IMG/VR virus record: IMGVR_UViG_2531839420_000002 | Location: 67,685-112,764 of that record | Source of the DNA: a virus | Direction: 5' to 3' (one strand) | Length of the DNA: 45,080 nt | Shown here: positions 18,637-25,862 of the stretch, one piece after another | How positions within the stretch are numbered: position 1 is the first letter of the stretch | How the letters are laid out: the number at the start of each line of letters is the position of its first letter | The notes under the pieces: model-generated | Databases searched by the model: none | The model's input: only the letters and a program-made list of their open reading frames with translations | Told to the model about the DNA's origin: nothing | Position numbers and translations under genes: made by a program

Positions 18637-18716
18637 CAATCAGCGTTGAATGATTTTGCCGCTTCACATGCCCCACGGGGCGCGCTATAACGGGGTTGTT
18701 CAGTCAGTGATGATTG
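18637..18716 (+). promoter_or_regulatory. Promoter of the TIGR-like locus bracketed by two operators
   Basis: TTCACA(18663)-N17-TATAAC(18686); operators at 18637-18652 and 18701-18716. Confidence 0.65.
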
Positions 18717-18725
18717 AACTCTGAA

Positions 18726-18769
18726 GAGAGACCAAACGATGAATGTTGCCCAGAGTGCCGGTGTCTCTC
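18726..18769 (+). ncRNA. TIGR-like stem-loop guide unit 1
   Basis: GAGAGAC/GTCTCTC stem enclosing CCA-AACGATGAA-TGTTGCCCA-GAGTGCCGG-TG. Confidence 0.85.
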
Positions 18770-18790
18770 GAACGGAAAGAAGGAGTTAGA

Positions 18791-19342
18791 ATGTCGATTT
18801 CAGCAGCAAAAGCTGTCGCGCCTGTCGTTACGACCGCGCCGAGCGACGTGATCAACGACATTGCAGACGATCTGATCATGCGCCACAAGTCCTATGAAGA
18901 CGCAGCGCAGGAATTGATCAAGAAGTTGATCGGGTCCACTCCCGTCAACGGTTACATGCGCTTGCTGATAGAAGACGGCGCTCTCGCGAGAATTCACAAC
19001 GCGGCAAAGCGCAAGCGTGAAATGCTGGGGCGTTCGCTGCCGAAATCCGCGATGCCTGCCCCCGCGCCCACCGGATCTCGTTCGTTCTCCAGTCTGGTCA
19101 AGGCTTCCGTCGTGACCACCGGGCGGAAGTTTCTCGACGAGTGGCTGGTTGAAGGTCGTCGGCTTGGCGATCTGACGCTCGAAGAGGTTCGTGCCCAGGC
19201 GGAACTTTCACGCAGCAGGGCCAAGGGGCTTGAGCGTCGGGCCAAGTTCTATTTCGCCATCGCTGATCTCGGCTCTCCCACCGCCCTGGTGCGTGAAGTG
19301 CTGACGGACGAAATGGCCGGGAAGATTTTGGACGCTCTGTAG
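18791..19342 (+). CDS. Unknown protein embedded in the TIGR-like array (candidate accessory/effector)
   Basis: AGGAG RBS, ATG 18791, 183 aa; lies between guide units 1 and 2. Confidence 0.75.
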   Translation: MSISAAKAVAPVVTTAPSDVINDIADDLIMRHKSYEDAAQELIKKLIGSTPVNGYMRLLIEDGALARIHNAAKRKREMLGRSLPKSAMPAPAPTGSRSFSSLVKASVVTTGRKFLDEWLVEGRRLGDLTLEEVRAQAELSRSRAKGLERRAKFYFAIADLGSPTALVREVLTDEMAGKILDAL

Positions 19343-19351
19343 TCACGAGTT

Positions 19352-19520
19352 AGGTCTTTGGAGACCAAGCACAGAATGTTGCCCAGCACCATCGCGTCTC
19401 TAAAGACCTTCAGATTTTGAACCAGTAGCGCATTGTTACCCAAGGATGACGTGTTCGACCAATAGTGACGCGCTGCTACGGATTTCATGTTACCCAGAAA
19501 CCGAGTGCGGCGCGTCACTA
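19352..19520 (+). ncRNA. TIGR-like stem-loop guide units 2-4
   Basis: Units at 19352-19409, 19417-19458 and 19463-19520; each stem encloses CYA-N9-TGTTRCCCA-N9-YG. Confidence 0.88.
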
Positions 19521-19538
19521 CAGAACGGAGATAGATCA

Positions 19539-20255
19539 ATGAACCTGAGTGATCTCGTTATTCAGATCCAACTCACCTACCGCCAGCGCAAGCAGCTCCA
19601 GATGGCGCAGAACCGTATCGTTCTTCAGCTCAAGGCGCTCGCTCGCGCCGCCGTGGATGGTGACAAGGATCGTGCCGGCGTGATCGTCGATCGACTGATC
19701 GCCAACAAGGTCCAGAAGGCCGAGGACGTGGAAATCGCCGTGGGTCTGTCACAGAATTACGGTGCCCTGTTTGCTGCGCACGACGGCATCGCGAGCGACT
19801 GCGCCAAGCTTGGCAAGGAGCTGGAGAAGCTGGCGAAGAAACTCCCGGTTGCCGAATGGGTCGCCACTCAGCGCGGCGTTGGCATGACCAATCTCGCCAA
19901 TATCATCGGCGAGGCGGGCGACCTGGCCAACTACAACAATCCCGCCAAGCTGTGGAAGCGCATGGGGCTTGCGGTGATCGGGACCGAGCGACAGCGTAAG
20001 GTGGCCGACGCCGAAGCGGCGCTCGTTCATGGCTACAACCCCGTCCGGCGCTCGGTCATGTGGAATGTCGGCACCTGCATCATCAAGGCCGGTGGCGCCC
20101 TTAAGACGCTTTACGACGAGCGCAAGGTCTACGAGGCCGGCAAGAGCCCGGATATCACCAAGATGCTGGCCCATCGCCGCGCCCAGCGTTACGTCGAGAA
20201 GCGCGTTTTGCGCGATCTGTGGCGGGCGTGGCGGGGAGAGTTTGCGACGGCATAA
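19539..20255 (+). CDS. Nop/IS110 C-terminal-domain RNA-binding protein lacking a nuclease domain (TasA-like)
   Basis: Coiled coil followed by RGVG..LANIIGEAGDLANYNNPAKLWKRMGL..YNP..R..AHRRAQR..KRVLRDLWRAW; no DEDD RuvC or HNH motif; flanked by guide-like units. Confidence 0.8.
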   Translation: MNLSDLVIQIQLTYRQRKQLQMAQNRIVLQLKALARAAVDGDKDRAGVIVDRLIANKVQKAEDVEIAVGLSQNYGALFAAHDGIASDCAKLGKELEKLAKKLPVAEWVATQRGVGMTNLANIIGEAGDLANYNNPAKLWKRMGLAVIGTERQRKVADAEAALVHGYNPVRRSVMWNVGTCIIKAGGALKTLYDERKVYEAGKSPDITKMLAHRRAQRYVEKRVLRDLWRAWRGEFATA

Positions 20256-20265
20256 GCCGATCGCG

Positions 20266-20506
20266 GGGCGAGACCAGAGAACCCATGTTGCCCACCCCAA
20301 CGGTGTCTCGCCCACAAGTTTCCGACGAAAGTCGGAGGAAGATTGACCAACCAACCCCCGTTCCCCATGCCGAGGCTGTCAATCTTCCATAATTTAGCGA
20401 CCAGACTCGCCATGTTACCCAAAATCAGCGTGTCGCTAATCGTTGTGAAGAGAGTTGCGCCAAAAGGCAAATGTTGCCCAGGGGCCACCTGCGCAACTCT
20501 CTTTAC
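20266..20506 (+). ncRNA. TIGR-like stem-loop guide units 5-8
   Basis: Units at 20266-20313, 20337-20388, 20394-20439 and 20445-20506; same CCA-N9-YGTTNCCCA-N9-TG core with different stems; GAAA hairpin at 20321-20336. Confidence 0.88.
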
Positions 20507-20569
20507 TTGCCGCTTTATTCTATGTTTATTCTGCATTAAGTTAAGTCATTCTTGATTTGAGGGACGAAG

Positions 20570-21613
20570 ATGAAAAGACCCTACGCCCTACTTGCGGATT
20601 TGCACTTCCACAACTGGTCTACCTTCTCGACGACCAACGCTGATGGGGTCAACTCCCGCCTTGCCATCCAGTGCGCTGAGATGCGCCGGGCCGGGCAGGA
20701 GCTTCTGGCCGCCGGTGGAAATCTGATGGTGCTGGCCGGCGACATCTTCCACGTCCGGGGCTCAATCAGCCCGACCGTGCTGAACCCCGTCCTCGAGGTG
20801 GTGCGCGATCTGCGCGGCGCTGGTGTGGGGATCGTTGCCCTCCCTGGCAATCACGATCTGGAGGGCAAGGAGTCCGACCGCGTGGGGAATGCCGTGCGCG
20901 CCCTGGCTGACGCCGGCGTGCGTGTTTGTGACGAGCCCGAAGTGATCGACCGTCTGGCCCTGGTTCCCTGGCATTCCAGCACCGCCGATCTGTTGAATGC
21001 CCTCGACGATCTGAATGGTCGCGTGGGCGCCGGCGATTTCGATGTGATCCTACACGCTCCCATCGACGGCGTGATCCCCGGTCTGCCCTCTCACGGGTTG
21101 ACTGCCGAGCAACTCGCTGGCTTTGGCTTCCGTCGCGTGTTCGCTGGCCACTATCACGACCACAAGGACTTCGGGAACGGCGTCTTCTCGATCGGTGCCA
21201 CCACTCAGCAGACCTGGGGCGATGTCGGCACCCGAGCCGGCTTTCTGATCGTCAGCGACGACGTGAGATATCGCGCTTCGCACGCCCCGTCCTTCATCGA
21301 CATCACGCCCGACACCCCGCCGGCCGACATCCCCTTCCTCGCCGACGGCAACTACGTCCGCTTGAAGCTGGAGGATGTGACCGAGACCGAAATCAAAATT
21401 GCTCGCGAGGAGCTGATGGGTATGGGCGCCAAGGGTGGCGTGATCCACGCCACCCGCAAGACCGAAGTTTCCCGCACCGGCGTCGCCGCCAAATCGGGCG
21501 TCACCCTGGAAGCTTCCGTGACCGCCTATGTGGTCGCCAAGAGCTTCGATCGTCCGACCGAGCTTGCCGCCTATTGCGACTCCATTCTCACCGAAGCCAG
21601 GAGTGCCGCCTGA
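20570..21613 (+). CDS. SbcD/Mre11-like metallophosphoesterase nuclease
   Basis: ADLH, AGDIFH, GNHD and GHYH motifs. Confidence 0.92.
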   Translation: MKRPYALLADLHFHNWSTFSTTNADGVNSRLAIQCAEMRRAGQELLAAGGNLMVLAGDIFHVRGSISPTVLNPVLEVVRDLRGAGVGIVALPGNHDLEGKESDRVGNAVRALADAGVRVCDEPEVIDRLALVPWHSSTADLLNALDDLNGRVGAGDFDVILHAPIDGVIPGLPSHGLTAEQLAGFGFRRVFAGHYHDHKDFGNGVFSIGATTQQTWGDVGTRAGFLIVSDDVRYRASHAPSFIDITPDTPPADIPFLADGNYVRLKLEDVTETEIKIAREELMGMGAKGGVIHATRKTEVSRTGVAAKSGVTLEASVTAYVVAKSFDRPTELAAYCDSILTEARSAA

Positions 21614-21852
21614 TGAAGACCCGTATCGTCAATGAACCCGCCAGCCGCTCGACGACCGTCGGTCAGATCGAAGACGATCTGGAGCCGATTGCGGTCTGCC
21701 CCGGCTGTTGGGTCTGTCGCCAACTCGACGAGCCGGCGATCGAAAGCAATCGTCTGATCCACTGCGCCCCGGCCGACATCGACCCGACCACTGTTCGTCT
21801 GAACGTGGATGTGATGGGGTCCGGTATCGTCATTTACGCTCGGAGGTTCTAA
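21613..21852 (+). CDS. Hypothetical protein
   Basis: TGATG coupling to the sbcD-like gene; CPGCWVC. Confidence 0.5.
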   Translation: MKTRIVNEPASRSTTVGQIEDDLEPIAVCPGCWVCRQLDEPAIESNRLIHCAPADIDPTTVRLNVDVMGSGIVIYARRF

Positions 21853-22064
21853 TGGGCAAGCCTCGCTTTTGCCCATACTGCATGTCGGGGGACATCAAGG
21901 ATGGAACCGGCGCCTTTCTTGAAATGGGCGAATACCTGAATGGTCGCTTCGAGTCTGAGGGCGACGCCGATGGTTTCGTGTGCGACACCTGCGGCGGTGA
22001 GTTTTGGGTCAACGGCCCGAACATGCCGACTCGCATGAAAGAAGAGGCGAGCGATGCACGTTGA
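21852..22064 (+). CDS. Small zinc-ribbon protein
   Basis: GGAGG RBS; CPYC...CDTC. Confidence 0.6.
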   Translation: MGKPRFCPYCMSGDIKDGTGAFLEMGEYLNGRFESEGDADGFVCDTCGGEFWVNGPNMPTRMKEEASDAR

Positions 22065-23991
22065 GACGTTGACCATCGAGAATTTCCTCACCATTGGCGA
22101 GGCAAAGCTGCACCTGACCGATCGCGGTCTGGTGCTGATCCAGGGCGAGAACGCCGACAACACCAGCGCCAATTCGAACGGCGCGGGCAAGTCGTCGATT
22201 GCTGACGCCATCTCGTGGGCATTCTTCGGGACCACCGCCCGCGGCGAGAGCGGCGATCGCGTGATTAACCGTTTCGTCGGAAAGAACTGCCGCGTGGCGG
22301 CGGTGGTTCGCGACGGCGACGAGCTTTACGAGATCGCCCGTCACCGCAAGCACAAAGAAGGCAAGAACGGCCTGGTGGTGAAACAGCTCGCCCCAGCGCC
22401 GAGCGACCTGACAAAGGGCACCGACAAGCTGACCCAACTTGAAGTGAACCGTATCCTCGGATGCTCGGAGGAGGTCTTCAATTCGGCAGTCTATGCGGGT
22501 CAGGAGAAGATGCCCGATCTGCCGGCGATGACCGATAAGCCACTCAAGCTGCTGATCGAGGAAGCGGCCGGTATCACGATCCTCGAGAAGGCGTATGAGG
22601 TGGCTCGCGCTAAGCAGGCCGTCACCGAGCGCGAGGCTTGCGACGCGCAGGCCCAGCTTGATCGCATTCAGGCTCGCATCGACTCCACCGAGGACGAGGT
22701 GGCTCGGTTGCAGGGCCAGCAGCGCGCCTGGGACGAAAAGCGGGCTGAAAGTGTTCAGTCCGAGTCTGAAACTGCCAAAGCCCTGGCTGATCAGGTGAAA
22801 GCGCTCGATGCGGATATTGCGACTTTGGATGAGCCTGGCGTTCTCGCCCAGCTCGACGAGGTCGAGAGCAAGCTGAAGGAGGTCGTCGGCGAACAAGAGG
22901 AAAAGTCGCGCCTCGAGCGCGAGCTGGCCGCCGCCGATCGGCGGATCGCCGTCGTCACCGCCGAGATCGACCGGCTGACCAACGACGCCAAGCGCCGGAA
23001 GGCAGAGGTTGATGCGATCGACAGCCGGATCGGAAAGCCGTGTGGCGAGTGCGGCAAATCCTATGAGGCGAGCGATCTGACCGAGGCTCGGAAGATCGCC
23101 ACTGGGAAGCTGCGCAAGGTCGTCGATGAGGTCAAGACGAAGAAGGCAGAAGCAAACACCCTCCGGGAAGCCCGTGCGGGGCTCGCTGAGGGGCTTTCAA
23201 CTTTCGTCGCGGGGATGACAGACATTAGCGCTGCCACGGGGTTGCAGGGGCGTCTGTGCGCGAAACTGCGGGACATCGAAGCGAAGAAGGGGGAGCGCTC
23301 CCGCATTGCTGATCGCACCCGCCAGCACATCGCGAATGCAAAGAGACTGAAGGACGAGCAGAACCCCTTCGCTGCCTTGATCGAGAAGGCCGGGCGGACC
23401 ATCGAGGAGCTGGTTGAGGAGATCGGCACCAAGCAGGCGACGCTTGAGGCTGCTCAGGCTCGCCTGGCGCTGGCCCAGAGCGCGGTGAAGGTGTTTGGCC
23501 CTGCCGGCGTGCGCGCCGAAATCCTCGATACCGTGACGCCCTTCCTGAACGCGCGCACGGCCCATTATCTGGGCAGCTTGTCCGACGGCAACATCACCGC
23601 CACCTGGTCCACGCTCTCGACCACCGCCAAGGGCGAACTGCGCGAAAAATTTGCCATCGACGTGACCGACGCCACCGGCGCTGAGAGCTTTGGCGGGTTG
23701 TCGGGCGGCGAGAAGCGCAAGGTCAGGCTCGCGTGCTGCCTCGCGTTGCAGGACTTGGTGGCGTCGCGGGCGACCAAGCCGATCAATTTGTGGATCGGCG
23801 ACGAGATCGACACTGCTCTCGATGTGGCGGGTCTTGAACGACTAATGGGCATCCTCGAGGAGAAGGCGCGCGAGCGGGGGACCGTGCTCGTGATCAGCCA
23901 TAATGACCTCAAGGATTGGTGTCGTCAGCAGGTGATCGTGAAAAAGGAGGGCGGTCGGTCCTCCGTTGACGGAGTGCTGTGTCATGCGTAG
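22054..23991 (+). CDS. SbcC/Rad50-like ATPase
   Basis: NGAGKSS, coiled coil, CGEC zinc hook, LSGGE, DEIDTALD and VISH. Confidence 0.93.
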   Translation: MHVETLTIENFLTIGEAKLHLTDRGLVLIQGENADNTSANSNGAGKSSIADAISWAFFGTTARGESGDRVINRFVGKNCRVAAVVRDGDELYEIARHRKHKEGKNGLVVKQLAPAPSDLTKGTDKLTQLEVNRILGCSEEVFNSAVYAGQEKMPDLPAMTDKPLKLLIEEAAGITILEKAYEVARAKQAVTEREACDAQAQLDRIQARIDSTEDEVARLQGQQRAWDEKRAESVQSESETAKALADQVKALDADIATLDEPGVLAQLDEVESKLKEVVGEQEEKSRLERELAAADRRIAVVTAEIDRLTNDAKRRKAEVDAIDSRIGKPCGECGKSYEASDLTEARKIATGKLRKVVDEVKTKKAEANTLREARAGLAEGLSTFVAGMTDISAATGLQGRLCAKLRDIEAKKGERSRIADRTRQHIANAKRLKDEQNPFAALIEKAGRTIEELVEEIGTKQATLEAAQARLALAQSAVKVFGPAGVRAEILDTVTPFLNARTAHYLGSLSDGNITATWSTLSTTAKGELREKFAIDVTDATGAESFGGLSGGEKRKVRLACCLALQDLVASRATKPINLWIGDEIDTALDVAGLERLMGILEEKARERGTVLVISHNDLKDWCRQQVIVKKEGGRSSVDGVLCHA

Positions 23992-24154
23992 CCCGTTGAG
24001 CGAACTCCTTGATAAGGAGGCTTGGCAGCAGCTTCAGGACGAGGCGCGCACTGCCAACGACTTACAAAAGCAGGGCATGGCGCGCACGGAAGCGCTGCGC
24101 TGCGCCAAGAGACTGATTGAAAAATCGAAGAAGGAGACTTCGTGTCATGCCTAA
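23984..24154 (+). CDS. Small hypothetical protein
   Basis: GGAG RBS; overlaps both neighbours. Confidence 0.45.
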   Translation: MRSPLSELLDKEAWQQLQDEARTANDLQKQGMARTEALRCAKRLIEKSKKETSCHA

Positions 24155-24518
24155 GAAGATCGACAAGAAGCAGGTTCGCGAGGATCGCGAGGCCCTGGCG
24201 AATGCCTTCCCGCGGACGTTCATGAGCAAGGGCGTTTCGGTGAAGCATCCGCTGGAGGTGGGAATTCATCGCCGGCTGATCGCCATGGGTGTTCGCGGAC
24301 TCGACGGTGAGAAGATGTCGGCCAAGCGCGTTCGGGCGGCCGTCGCCGATTATTGCAGCGGGCCGAAATATGCCTGGGGAATGCTGTTTACCCCCTATCG
24401 GATCAATCTCGAAGGCAAGGTCGTCAGTTCTGTAGCCCAGGAGAACATCGAACACGCTCGGGCTTATCTGATCAGGCGCGGCTTGATGATCCCGGTGGCC
24501 GAGGAAAAGTCGGCGTGA
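24147..24518 (+). CDS. ProQ/FinO-family RNA chaperone
   Basis: FPRTF..PLEVGIH..VRAAVADYCSGPKY..RINLEG..V..EHA matches the FinO/ProQ pattern. Confidence 0.8.
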   Translation: MPKKIDKKQVREDREALANAFPRTFMSKGVSVKHPLEVGIHRRLIAMGVRGLDGEKMSAKRVRAAVADYCSGPKYAWGMLFTPYRINLEGKVVSSVAQENIEHARAYLIRRGLMIPVAEEKSA

Positions 24519-24781
24519 ACGTCGATGCTATTCTCGCTCGGGCCGATGCGGTTCTAAAGCGTCGTCGCGAGCGCGACAGTGTTCTCGAAGCGCGGCTCGG
24601 CCCCAAGCTGACCAGCAGTGAATGGATCGAGTGGGTAGCCAGGCAGCTTTGTCGGCGTAATCATCTCGATCCCGACCTGATGCTGACCGGCATCAAAGAG
24701 CGGCCTGTGCCGCAGTGGTTTCTCTTTGCCCAGGTGGCGAAAATCGTTTTGGAGAAGATCGAGGAGAGGATGAATGGTTGA
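24515..24781 (+). CDS. Hypothetical protein
   Basis: GTGA overlap start. Confidence 0.55.
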   Translation: MNVDAILARADAVLKRRRERDSVLEARLGPKLTSSEWIEWVARQLCRRNHLDPDLMLTGIKERPVPQWFLFAQVAKIVLEKIEERMNG

Positions 24782-25205
24782 TCAGACGGCCGTTGATTGG
24801 CTGAATGCGCGCCTGAGAGCGGAAGCCGGACCCATCTACACCCAGTCGGCGCCGGCCAAGCTCACCTTCAAGCAGCGTGACGGCAGCTTCACGAAGCATC
24901 CGCTGATCGGTGGCGAACAGATGCGGCTCGTCGAAGTCTACATGGGCAAGCGAAAGGGCGCGATCCTGTGCTTCGAGCCGATCGGTGATTGGGGCAAGTC
25001 CGAAAGCGATCCGATGAACGACATGGTTCGGGCGGAAATCCCGCTGAATGAGATGCCGGCGTTCTTCGACTTGTTCGGCGTGACCATTGGTGAACTGAAG
25101 AAGGGGGCGATTTTGCCGTCTCTGGACGCCCTTTCCGGCGCTACAATCAGCAAGTCAGCGCTGAGTGATCGCTACAGCGACAATCCGATTTGGGGGACAT
25201 GGTAA
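24774..25205 (+). CDS. Hypothetical protein
   Basis: 143 aa ORF in operon; contains an operator copy at 25152. Confidence 0.7.
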   Translation: MVDQTAVDWLNARLRAEAGPIYTQSAPAKLTFKQRDGSFTKHPLIGGEQMRLVEVYMGKRKGAILCFEPIGDWGKSESDPMNDMVRAEIPLNEMPAFFDLFGVTIGELKKGAILPSLDALSGATISKSALSDRYSDNPIWGTW

Positions 25206-25792
25206 TGAGCAACATCATCAAGGTCGTCGGCTTCGACCCTTCGCTGGCCAATTTCGGCATGGTCGCTGCCGACCTGGATATCGACACGCTCAAGCTGAAG
25301 GTCACGGGCTTCAAGCTGGTCGAGACCGAGAAGGACAAAAGCAAGCAGGTTCGCAAGGGCTCGGATGATCTGCGTCGGTGCCGGGAGATCATCCAGGCGA
25401 TGCGTGGCTGGGCCGACCCGGACTTCGTGGCTTTCGGCTTTGCCGAAGTCCCCTCTGGCGGCGCGAAGAGCGCGAATGCCCTGAAGGCCCTATCGATGGC
25501 TACCGCGATCTTGGGCGCCTGCCCGGTCGAGCTGGTTGAGGTGAACCCCACTGAGGTCAAGCTCGCCACCGTCGGCAAGAAGACCGCGGCCAAGGAGGAT
25601 ATGATTGAGTGGGTGATCGAGCGTCACCCCGAGGCTCCCTGGTTGACCTACAAGCGCCTGGGCAAGGTGGAGTTCAACGCCAAAAACGAGCACCTGGCCG
25701 ACGGCGTGTGTGCGATCTACGCCGGTCTTCAGAGCCAGCAGTTCAAGCACAGCCTCGCCATGATGCGCTCGGCACTAAAGCTGGCTGCTTGA
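25205..25792 (+). CDS. RuvC-like Holliday junction resolvase
   Basis: VGFDPSLANFG, AEVP, PTEVK..GKKTAAKEDM and HLADG. Confidence 0.85.
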   Translation: MSNIIKVVGFDPSLANFGMVAADLDIDTLKLKVTGFKLVETEKDKSKQVRKGSDDLRRCREIIQAMRGWADPDFVAFGFAEVPSGGAKSANALKALSMATAILGACPVELVEVNPTEVKLATVGKKTAAKEDMIEWVIERHPEAPWLTYKRLGKVEFNAKNEHLADGVCAIYAGLQSQQFKHSLAMMRSALKLAA

Positions 25793-25862
25793 TTATGTCA
25801 AGTCTGTAAAGTCAGCGTTGACTTTGATAAACTCTTTCCCCTTTTGACCAAGAGAGGACCGC

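Noticed and set aside
19539-20255. IS110-family insertion sequence
   Set aside because: No N-terminal DEDD RuvC domain and no SG catalytic-serine motif after GL; flanked by multiple guide-like units and carries the element's own RBS motif.
19352-20506. CRISPR array
   Set aside because: Constant parts are only ~9 nt with 9-nt variable segments, and no cas genes are present.
20343-20555. 70-aa ORF downstream of the Tas-like gene
   Set aside because: Overlaps guide units 6-8, has a TTG start and no protein features.
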